From a virus, in the IMG/VR virus record IMGVR_UViG_3300009703_001822: DNA of 64,000 nt, one strand, 5' to 3'. Under the pieces are notes generated by a model that saw only the letters and a list, made by a program, of their open reading frames with translations, was not told where the DNA came from and made no database searches. Both the position numbers and the translations under genes were made by a program. The stretch's first letter is position 1, and each line of letters starts with the position of its first letter. Positions 56,866 to 64,000 of the stretch are shown one piece after another.

Positions 56866-56919
56866 GATTAAATTTCAGGATAAGTGTCTTAAAGATCAAC
56901 AAAGTGAGATAGATAAACA

Positions 56920-57717
56920 ATGGAAGGAAATACAAAAAAAGTTGCAATCATCGGATACGGATTTGTAGGTAAAGCTACAGAGTTTTTATTGGATGAGTTC
57001 TTTCCTGGAACTGAAATCCTAATACATGATCCTGAACAAGGTGAGGAAATAGAAAATTGGAAAGGTATCCAATATGCTTTTATTTGTGTTCCAACTAACC
57101 TAAAGGACGGAAAATTAGACGACTCTATTATAGATAAAGTATTAAATGATTTAACTAAAAGATCATGTGCAGATACAGTATTACCTGTAATACGAAGTAC
57201 AATAGGTCCTGATCAGGCAACAATTTTTGTTAGAAAATATGGTGCAATAATTATGCCAGAATTTTTGAGAGAGAAACATTGGAAGGAGGATGTTTTAGAT
57301 AATAAGATACCTCTTCTTATAGGTGCCATACCTAATACACACCAAGATTTCTTATTGTGGATGGGGAGTAGTTTTACAGCTGGAACTTTAAAACAAAGAT
57401 TTATTACATCTCCAGGCGTAGCATCTACAATAAAAATATACAGGAATGCTTTTCTTGCAGTTAATGTAGGATTAGCAAATGATATAAAAGGAGTCTGCGA
57501 TATATACGATCTAGATTATCGTGATGTCAAAGAATTCTTTATGTCAGATAAAACATTGGGCAATCATTGGCAAGTTCCTGGACCAGATGGAAAGTCAGGT
57601 TTTGGGGGAACTTGTTTACCAAAAGATTTGACCCATGCTTCTTCATTATGCTATAATGAGAACAATATTATGAAAACGGCCTTAGAGGCCAACAAAAGTA
57701 GGAGAGATGATGAGTAA
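56920..57717 (+). CDS. UDP-glucose/GDP-mannose dehydrogenase-family protein (short form)
   Basis: IIGYGFVG, FICVPT, IRST, PEFLRE, GFGGTCLPKD. Confidence 0.85.
   Translation: MEGNTKKVAIIGYGFVGKATEFLLDEFFPGTEILIHDPEQGEEIENWKGIQYAFICVPTNLKDGKLDDSIIDKVLNDLTKRSCADTVLPVIRSTIGPDQATIFVRKYGAIIMPEFLREKHWKEDVLDNKIPLLIGAIPNTHQDFLLWMGSSFTAGTLKQRFITSPGVASTIKIYRNAFLAVNVGLANDIKGVCDIYDLDYRDVKEFFMSDKTLGNHWQVPGPDGKSGFGGTCLPKDLTHASSLCYNENNIMKTALEANKSRRDDE
57628..57657 (+). promoter_or_regulatory. Possible sigma70-like promoter for uvsX
   Basis: TTGACC-18nt-TATAAT with extended TG. Confidence 0.5.
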
Positions 57718-58780
57718 ATTACTTGATAGAATAAAGCAAAATTCTACTATTCGTGAAACAGATATCCTTACTGAATCTAAATTCTTTAATGAAAAAGATT
57801 TGATACAGACATCTGTTCCAGCAGTGAATGTTGCTTTGAGTGGTAAGTTAGACGGTGGTCTAACACCAGGTCTAACAGTATTTGCCGGTCCTAGTAAACA
57901 CTTTAAAACAGCGTTTGCTATGTTATTGGCAAAAGCATATTTAGACAAATATGACGATGGTGTCGTATTATTTTATGATAGTGAGTTTGGAGCTCCTCAG
58001 TCTTATTTTGAAACATTTGATATAGATACAAAAAGAGTGGTACATAGTCCTATCTCAGATATTGAACAGTTGAAACATGATGTAATGCAACAGTTAAATA
58101 ACTTTGAAAGAGACGATCATGTCATGATTATTGTAGACTCTGTAGGTAACTTAGCTTCTAAGAAAGAAGTAGAAGATGCCTTAGAAGGTAAGAGTGTTGC
58201 TGATATGACAAGAGCTAAACAAATGAAGTCACTGTTTAGAATGATTACACCTCATTTAACAATTAAAGATATACCTGCAATCGTAGTTAATCACACATAT
58301 AAAGAGATAGGATTGTTTCCTAAAGATGTGGTTAGTGGTGGTACAGGTATTTACTATTCTGCAGATAATATTTTTATTATTGGTAGGAGACAACAAAAGA
58401 CAGGAACAGAAGTTACAGGTTATGAATTTGTAATTAATGTTGAAAAGTCCAGGTTTGTTAGAGAGAAATCTAAAATTCCTGTAGAAGTTACATGGGAAGA
58501 TGGTATTAGTAGATGGTCTGGATTATTAGACATGGCACTAGCATCTGGTTATGTAATTAAACCTAGTAATGGTTGGTATCAGAGAGTTGATATGGAAACA
58601 GGTGAGGCAGTAGATCCTAAAGTAAGAGCTAAGGACTTAGGTAAAGACTTTTGGATACCTATATTATCAGACAAGAAGTTTGGTCAATGGGTACAGAAAC
58701 AATATACAGTCGGTTCTGTAGAAATGATGGCAGACGACTTGAGTGAGGAAGATGTCCAAGCAGAATACGATAAAGTGTGA
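57707..58780 (+). CDS. uvsX: RecA-like recombinase UvsX
   Basis: AGPSKHFKT, FYDSEFG, DSVGNLASKKE, SGGTG..YSA. Confidence 0.96.
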   Translation: MMSKLLDRIKQNSTIRETDILTESKFFNEKDLIQTSVPAVNVALSGKLDGGLTPGLTVFAGPSKHFKTAFAMLLAKAYLDKYDDGVVLFYDSEFGAPQSYFETFDIDTKRVVHSPISDIEQLKHDVMQQLNNFERDDHVMIIVDSVGNLASKKEVEDALEGKSVADMTRAKQMKSLFRMITPHLTIKDIPAIVVNHTYKEIGLFPKDVVSGGTGIYYSADNIFIIGRRQQKTGTEVTGYEFVINVEKSRFVREKSKIPVEVTWEDGISRWSGLLDMALASGYVIKPSNGWYQRVDMETGEAVDPKVRAKDLGKDFWIPILSDKKFGQWVQKQYTVGSVEMMADDLSEEDVQAEYDKV

Positions 58781-58904
58781 TAGGTGTGAAAAACCTATAG
58801 AAGAAAAAGATAAGGCTTACTGTTTTCACAATGAAGAAGGAGAGGTGTATATTTGTGCACCTTGTGTTGTAGAAGTTTATAATGAGTACAAGGAAGAAGT
58901 TTAA
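58752..58904 (+). CDS. 50-aa C4 zinc-finger protein
   Basis: Not in the ORF track. GAGG RBS; MSKQNTIKCDRCEKPIEEKDKAYCFHNEEGEVYICAPCVVEVYNEYKEEV*; TAATG-coupled to gp41. Confidence 0.7.
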   Translation: MSKQNTIKCDRCEKPIEEKDKAYCFHNEEGEVYICAPCVVEVYNEYKEEV

Positions 58905-60259
58905 TGCTTGATACTGTAATTCTAGTTAATCTAGTTAAAAACGAAAAGTATGTTAGGAAAGTATTGCCTTTTATAAAGGCTGAATATTTTTCTGACGCAG
59001 ATCATAAGTATGCGTTTGAACAGATTAAAAATTATATAGAACAATATAATAATCCTCCTACAATAGAGGCAATGTCTGTTGCATTTGATAGAGCTACAGA
59101 AGAACAAAGAGGTTTACTAAAAACAGTATTTGAATATGAACAAGAACCTCAGGAATTACAATGGCTCGTAGATCAAACAGAAAAGTTCTGTAAAGATAAA
59201 GCAGTATTTAATGCAGTATTAGAAGGCATACAAATTATTGATGGTAAGAGTAAGGATAAGACTCCTGATGCTTTACCTGAGATGTTGACTGAGGCATTAC
59301 AAGTAGGGTTTGATACTAATGTAGGACACGACTTTATAGAAGATGCTGATAAACGATATGATTTCTACAATAGACTAGAAGAAAAAGTTCCTTTTGACTT
59401 AGATTTGTTTAATAAAATTACAGAAGGTGGTTTATCTAACAAGACATTAAACATAGCATTAGCAGGCACAGGTGTAGGTAAATCCCTGTTTATGTGTCAT
59501 ATGGCGTCTGCTAACATTGCAGCAGGCAAGAGTGTACTCTATATTACATTAGAAATGGCAGAAGAGAGAATAGCAGAAAGAATAGATGCTAATCTTATGA
59601 ATATTCCTATTATGGATTTGAAAGACTTATCTAAACCTATGTACCAGGATAGAATACAAACATTAAAAGACAAGTATGAAGGTAGATTAATTGTTAAAGA
59701 ATATCCTACAGCATCTGCACATAGTGGACATTTTAAAGCATTATTAAATGAACTTAAACTAAAAAGAAACTTTCATCCAGATATTATTTTTATAGACTAC
59801 TTAAACATATGCACAAGTTCTCGATTTAGGCCTGGTAGTAGTGCTAATTCATATACAATTATTAAGAGTATTGCAGAAGAACTTAGAGGACTAGCAGTAG
59901 AACAGGATGTTCCTATTTTTAGTGCTACACAAACAACAAGAGGTGGTTATAACAGCAGTGATGTAGATTTGACAGACACCTCAGAAAGTTTTGGTTTGCC
60001 TGCTACAGCAGACTTAATGTTTGCTATTATTAGTACAGAAGAACTAGAACAATTAGGGCAGTTTATGATTAAACAGTTAAAAAACAGATATGCTGATCCT
60101 ACAAGAAATAAAAGATTTATGATAGGTGTTGATAGAGCTAAGATGAAATTATATGATTTAGAAGACTCAGCACAACAGGCTATAACAGATTCTAATATAG
60201 ATGTACCAGTATTCGATAGAGGACAATCTGGAGATAAATATGACGACATTAAATTTTAA
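58904..60259 (+). CDS. gp41: Replicative helicase gp41
   Basis: AGTGVGKS, ITLEM.EE, IDYLNI, ATQTTR, SESFGLP.TAD, QLKNRY. Confidence 0.97.
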   Translation: MLDTVILVNLVKNEKYVRKVLPFIKAEYFSDADHKYAFEQIKNYIEQYNNPPTIEAMSVAFDRATEEQRGLLKTVFEYEQEPQELQWLVDQTEKFCKDKAVFNAVLEGIQIIDGKSKDKTPDALPEMLTEALQVGFDTNVGHDFIEDADKRYDFYNRLEEKVPFDLDLFNKITEGGLSNKTLNIALAGTGVGKSLFMCHMASANIAAGKSVLYITLEMAEERIAERIDANLMNIPIMDLKDLSKPMYQDRIQTLKDKYEGRLIVKEYPTASAHSGHFKALLNELKLKRNFHPDIIFIDYLNICTSSRFRPGSSANSYTIIKSIAEELRGLAVEQDVPIFSATQTTRGGYNSSDVDLTDTSESFGLPATADLMFAIISTEELEQLGQFMIKQLKNRYADPTRNKRFMIGVDRAKMKLYDLEDSAQQAITDSNIDVPVFDRGQSGDKYDDIKF

Positions 60260-61010
60260 TGATATTGAGTTCGAGGTATTAGATACCTTGGTGGCAAAAA
60301 GATTTGCTAAATTTTTAGATGAGAATATCCATGAGAGTAGAGAGTTTTACTTTATGGGAGAACAAAAGGAAGAAATAAAATCTGAGATAGATAAAATTGT
60401 TTACATGTTAGGCAAAGAACCTACAAATGATTTGAATGCCTTGCATGAATATTTTGCAGATAATGAGGATGATCCTGAGATGTCAAGGTTAAATAATCTT
60501 ATTCATTATTATGAATTAGTAGACAAAGGGTATCCACCTAGATGGGGATATATGGCAGGAAATACTACAATGCAACTATTTTCTCCAGACTTTGATAGTT
60601 TTACATTGACTAGATTGCCTGGTTATTTGTATATAAATTATCCTCATGTAGGAAAGCATTTTGCAGAGATTGCTTTTTCTGAGGACTATGACATTAAAAA
60701 AGAACAGTATGTACCACAGGATATATGCAGACCTAGTTTCTTTTGCTGGTTAGGAGAAGAAGTATCTCCTAATAATGCAGTTTGGGAGAAAATTGAGGAA
60801 GCACATATAAGATTAAAAGATAAACTAGAATTACCTAATTTATTAGAAAGCAATATGCTACCTACTAAAATTAATCCAGAGATGAGATTAGGGTATATTC
60901 CGTTTGCCAGGCTCTCAGGTGATATAAATACTAATGAACTTACAAATCATTTATTGAAGTGTAAGCGAAAAAGTAAAAATCAATGGGAGTTATTTACAAA
61001 TGGCAGATAG
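60240..61010 (+). CDS. Hypothetical protein, paralogue of 18587-19621
   Basis: ATG at 60240 after GGAG; shared motifs with the paralogue. Confidence 0.6.
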   Translation: MTTLNFNDIEFEVLDTLVAKRFAKFLDENIHESREFYFMGEQKEEIKSEIDKIVYMLGKEPTNDLNALHEYFADNEDDPEMSRLNNLIHYYELVDKGYPPRWGYMAGNTTMQLFSPDFDSFTLTRLPGYLYINYPHVGKHFAEIAFSEDYDIKKEQYVPQDICRPSFFCWLGEEVSPNNAVWEKIEEAHIRLKDKLELPNLLESNMLPTKINPEMRLGYIPFARLSGDINTNELTNHLLKCKRKSKNQWELFTNGR

Positions 61011-61350
61011 AAATTCAGATGTAAATTTAAGTTTAGAAGAATACGAAGCACTAAAAGCACAGATACCTGGAGACGAACCAGAAGCACCAGCAGCAAAACC
61101 TTGGTGGAGTGCACCTGACGATAGAGGTTGGATTTGGATTGCACCAGAGTATTTTAGTAGATGGAGATTATTTCCTCGTGCATTTATTAGCATGTATATC
61201 TACTTATTATATGAAGTAACAAACTGGTTCATGGCATTACCATCACCAGGAGCAGAACAAGCAGGGCTTGTTAGTGTGGTTGTAGGAGCAGGGGCTGCTT
61301 GGTTTGGATTGTATGTAAACAGTACAAGTACAGACCACAGTAAAAATTAA
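61000..61350 (+). CDS. Two-TM membrane protein (holin-like?)
   Basis: WRLFPR...WFM.L..P...QAGLVSVVVGA..AWFGLY. Confidence 0.5.
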   Translation: MADRNSDVNLSLEEYEALKAQIPGDEPEAPAAKPWWSAPDDRGWIWIAPEYFSRWRLFPRAFISMYIYLLYEVTNWFMALPSPGAEQAGLVSVVVGAGAAWFGLYVNSTSTDHSKN

Positions 61351-61763
61351 TGCCCACAATCGAACTAAGCGCATACTATATAGAGTTTATAGGTTTCCTA
61401 CTAACTCTTATAGTCGGGTTATCTATACGGGACGCAGCATCATCTTTTGTTAAAGGTGCTAAGTTCCGTTTTAACCCTGCCTTTAAAGAAGGCGACAAGG
61501 TAATATTAGATGGTAGTCCTGCCTTGATAGTAAAAATAGGATTATCAGAAACAGTATTTGGTGTATATGGAGACGATGGTTATACCTGGAGATATGTCCC
61601 TAACACCCGTATAGAATTTTTGAAGTTAGAGAAGATAGTTGATCCTGACTTACACAGAGACACAGATCAAGAGAGGGCACAAAAATTAGTTGACGCTATG
61701 CAAGATGCCAAGATTAAAACTAACGGAGAGGAGATTAGCAAACTAAAAAATGGAGAAAAGTGA
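61350..61763 (+). CDS. Minimal MscS-like membrane protein
   Basis: TM helix, then F..GD.V.LDG...IG...T...YVPN beta domain. Confidence 0.6.
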   Translation: MPTIELSAYYIEFIGFLLTLIVGLSIRDAASSFVKGAKFRFNPAFKEGDKVILDGSPALIVKIGLSETVFGVYGDDGYTWRYVPNTRIEFLKLEKIVDPDLHRDTDQERAQKLVDAMQDAKIKTNGEEISKLKNGEK

Positions 61764-61996
61764 TGCCCGCAAAATTCAAACCCAGCGAGAAAGAATATAT
61801 TAAGAATAAAGACGGAAGAAATACAAACAGGTGGAGATGGAAACATCACTACTGCAAAAACACCTCAACCGAGGAACTTATAAAAGCCATAAACACTGGC
61901 AAACCGAAGCATAAAAACAAATTTATCAATGAATTGACCCGTAGAGGGGTGAAATTAGTGTGGAAAACACCAAAAGAAATCGAAGAAAAAGCCTAA
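61760..61996 (+). CDS. Small basic hypothetical protein
   Basis: GGAG RBS; coupled to the upstream gene. Confidence 0.55.
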   Translation: MMPAKFKPSEKEYIKNKDGRNTNRWRWKHHYCKNTSTEELIKAINTGKPKHKNKFINELTRRGVKLVWKTPKEIEEKA

Positions 61997-62034
61997 GTTA
62001 CTGATATAACAGCGAAAAAGAGTTGAAAAAAAGG

Positions 62035-62063
62035 TTGACTTTTGGTTCCTCAGAGTGCATAAT
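62035..62063 (+). promoter_or_regulatory. Sigma70-like early promoter
   Basis: TTGACT-TTTGGTTCCTCAGAGTG-CATAAT, same family as 38437/41049. Confidence 0.8.
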
Positions 62064-62094
62064 AGTACTATAAACTAAAAAAGTGAGGAAAAAT

Positions 62095-62457
62095 ATGTTA
62101 ATAGTTGAAACAAAATCAAAAATCGAAGTTAATGAAGTATGTGAATTATCACAAGATTCTTATTACACTAGAAATCCTGAAGATTCAGCAGTTACTGGTG
62201 ATATTGGACCTAACAGTCCAGAGTCGATTTTTGTTAAATCCATTGAAATTATCAAATATGAAGATAAAGCAGATGGAGATGTTTGGTACCACGCTAAAGT
62301 AGAACATGATGGTATTTGGGAAATCTACACAGATACAGCAGTAGGCCCATTTATTGATCTAAAACTACAAAATGCAGGTCACAACTTTAGCAGTGTAGAT
62401 TTTTCAGAACAAGGTATGCAACAAAACGGTTTAGCAGACCTTGATTTAGTAGCTTAA
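62095..62457 (+). CDS. Early hypothetical protein
   Basis: GTGAGG RBS; IYTD and FSEQGMQ motifs. Confidence 0.6.
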   Translation: MLIVETKSKIEVNEVCELSQDSYYTRNPEDSAVTGDIGPNSPESIFVKSIEIIKYEDKADGDVWYHAKVEHDGIWEIYTDTAVGPFIDLKLQNAGHNFSSVDFSEQGMQQNGLADLDLVA

Positions 62458-62475
62458 TTAGTTTAGGAGAACTTT

Positions 62476-62862
62476 ATGAGAACTTGGGAAGAATTATCAG
62501 AAAAAGAACAGTTACTGACTTATATCAGTGATGTCCATAAGGACGCTAGGGGTTTTAGGCCTCGTGGTATGTACAATGATCTTTCAGTCCCAGAGCTTGA
62601 AAAAGTTCTTGACGATCTCTCTGAGGAGTCTCATCAAGAGGCTCTTCGTATGGAGAGAATGCAAACTGAGAACTGGAAGGAGCTTAAAGAGCACCTTGCA
62701 GGTCTTGTGGATATAGGCGCAAAAGATTTCAGGCAAGCCCTTGCTTGGGATATTCAAGCCGAGGATTGTAAACATGAAGGCTGGACAGATTATGGCTTTT
62801 ATTGTTACAAAAAAGGTATTGCGTATCGTAAGGAAAGGGTGCTAACTAGATTAGCAGCTTGA
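62476..62862 (+). CDS. Early hypothetical protein
   Basis: AGGAG RBS; ISD.HKDA.GFRPR motif. Confidence 0.6.
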   Translation: MRTWEELSEKEQLLTYISDVHKDARGFRPRGMYNDLSVPELEKVLDDLSEESHQEALRMERMQTENWKELKEHLAGLVDIGAKDFRQALAWDIQAEDCKHEGWTDYGFYCYKKGIAYRKERVLTRLAA

Positions 62863-62883
62863 TGCTTTTGGTCCTATTAAAGG

Positions 62884-62912
62884 TTGACTCTTGGTTAACA
62901 AGAGTCTATAAT
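62884..62912 (+). promoter_or_regulatory. Sigma70-like early promoter with perfect inverted repeat
   Basis: TTGACT-17nt-TATAAT; GACTCTTG-gttaa-CAAGAGTC. Confidence 0.8.
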
Positions 62913-62946
62913 ATGGTTATATTTAAAAAAATGGAGAAACGCTGTT

Positions 62947-63276
62947 ATGACTGATCAACTATTTAAATATGCAGGCTATTCTGTTACTGAAACAGGCCAA
63001 ACAAAGGCTAGGTTCGGTAACGATATGGTATCTCGCATTAAGAAACTTACGGCCAAAGGCAACCAAGATACTTGGTTCGCTGAATTGCCGGAAGCTATGA
63101 CCAAGAAGGATGCTTCTACTTTTCTTCTCGAAAGAGAGGACATCAAGACTAATTTTGATGTTAGAGACGCACTCCAGAAGGTCGTATATCGGAATGTACC
63201 TAAGGGAACGACTCGCATCGTGAACGAAGGTGCAAACTTAAACGGCAATGGTGCCGACAACAATATGGAGAGCTAA
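62947..63276 (+). CDS. Early hypothetical protein
   Basis: GGAG RBS; K.RF.ND...RIK.L...G...ELP..MTK pattern. Confidence 0.6.
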   Translation: MTDQLFKYAGYSVTETGQTKARFGNDMVSRIKKLTAKGNQDTWFAELPEAMTKKDASTFLLEREDIKTNFDVRDALQKVVYRNVPKGTTRIVNEGANLNGNGADNNMES

Positions 63277-63277
63277 T

Positions 63278-63529
63278 ATGGCAACTCGTAAAGTGAGCCA
63301 AACTCAAAAGGTTTTAAACTTTTTGAATAAAGGCAATAGCTTAAGCAATGCAGTAGCAACGCACAAGCTAAAAGTAAATAGACTTCCTGCTAAGATTCAT
63401 GTTCTTAGAGGACAGGGATATCCTATTTACACCAATACCAATTCTCAAGGTAATCCTACCTACAGAATGGGTACTCCTAGCAGAGCGATGATAGCAGCAG
63501 CTTTTAAAGCTGGCGTATCATTTAGCTAG
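63278..63529 (+). CDS. Small winged-HTH DNA-binding protein
   Basis: Q..KVL..L..G..L......RLPA.I..LR..GY.I, YRMGTP. Confidence 0.65.
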   Translation: MATRKVSQTQKVLNFLNKGNSLSNAVATHKLKVNRLPAKIHVLRGQGYPIYTNTNSQGNPTYRMGTPSRAMIAAAFKAGVSFS

Positions 63530-63538
63530 GCTAAGTGT

Positions 63539-63757
63539 TATGGAGCACTATAAGTCGGGAACTAGCGCATGTGCTCCATATTTTTAGGTCATATAATAAT
63601 TCAAACAGACCTAACAGAGAGGTTTGGTACACCGAGGTCGTCAGAGGCCAAAAGACCAACTATAAATAAAAGGAGAGAGGGAAGGACCTCGTTAAAAACC
63701 TGGAACATAAAACATATATCTGTCCTGGGTACGACAGATGAAATAAAAGACCCAACT
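63539..63757 (+). ncRNA. Candidate structured RNA (hairpin plus several H-type pseudoknots)
   Basis: 10-bp hairpin 63539/63571; pseudoknots at 63584-63626, 63677-63701 and 63718-63754. Confidence 0.45.
63661..63668 (+). promoter_or_regulatory. T4 late promoter
   Basis: TATAAATA. Confidence 0.55.
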
Positions 63758-63777
63758 AATTTAAAGGACAAGAGTCA

Positions 63778-64000
63778 ATGGCAAATACACAAATAGGTAA
63801 AGAACTTATAGAAGCACTGGAACAACAATACAGAGGCAACATAGCCTCAGCAAAAGCCAATGTTAGGGTATATTTAGAAAACCCTGCAGGTATAGGCGAG
63901 CATCCAGATGTAGTACAAGCCCTTGATACACAAATTGCTATTATAGCAGAGAACCAGGAGAAACTGGACATACTTAATAGCAGAAGGTTCAACTTTGCAG
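63778..64000 (+). CDS. Hypothetical protein (partial, runs off the window)
   Basis: MANTQIGKELIEALEQQYRGNIASAKANVRVYLENPAGIGEHPDVV...; AAGGA RBS. Confidence 0.65.
   Translation, partial: MANTQIGKELIEALEQQYRGNIASAKANVRVYLENPAGIGEHPDVVQALDTQIAIIAENQEKLDILNSRRFNFA

Noticed and set aside
7781-60259. Introns, inteins, homing endonucleases or stop-codon recoding in core genes
   Set aside because: gp17, gp23, gp43, gp41, gp46 and uvsW are contiguous and of ordinary length in the standard code.
63675-63757. preQ1-I riboswitch
   Set aside because: The pseudoknot with an A-rich tail is similar in shape, but the conserved loop nucleotides are missing and it is not next to que genes.
1638-63992. Many minus-strand and nested ORFs in the track (e.g. 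1929-2582, 3962-4654, 14028-14585, 19636-20094, 39187-39456)
   Set aside because: They are antisense or alternate-frame shadows of well-supported + strand genes, with no RBS or motifs.
1-64000. CRISPR array, tRNA genes, IS elements
   Set aside because: No regularly spaced repeats, cloverleafs or transposases were found by eye; a tRNAscan/ARAGORN run would confirm.

Overview
This is a 64-kb core segment of a T4-like myovirus genome, probably aquatic or marine. The host is probably a heterotrophic proteobacterium (inference): no photosynthesis genes are present, while IscU/IscA, a TonB-dependent receptor, peptide deformylase and a ROSE-like leader are. Almost all genes are on the + strand. Gene order: fibre genes, gp13-gp23 (neck, terminase, tail, head), gp3-uvsY-uvsW-gp55, a 7-deazaguanine DNA-modification cluster, gp47/46, an accessory block (glutaredoxin, two SET proteins, PDF, ClpP-like, TBDR, vWA/MoxR pair, B12-radical SAM, crotonase), then gp45-gp44-gp62-regA, hsp20, gp43, uvsX, gp41 and early hypothetical genes. 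T4 late promoters (TATAAATA) and a family of sigma70-like early promoters with a palindromic spacer are visible. The main observations are: (1) a self-contained glutamine-riboswitch-like RNA plus triple-YRG peptide cassette behind a late promoter just after gp23, which the ORF track missed; (2) a queE/folE/queD/dpdA/dpdL-like cluster with no queC in the window but with an embedded GT-B glycosyltransferase and a PRTase, suggesting a new 7-deazaguanine derivative; (3) an ACCCTC hexamer array inside gp44, next to an A-tract element and an unannotated ribbon-helix-helix gene; (4) a ROSE-like thermometer before hsp20; (5) a pseudoknot-rich intergenic RNA near the window end. All calls come from motif recognition by eye; no database searches were run.
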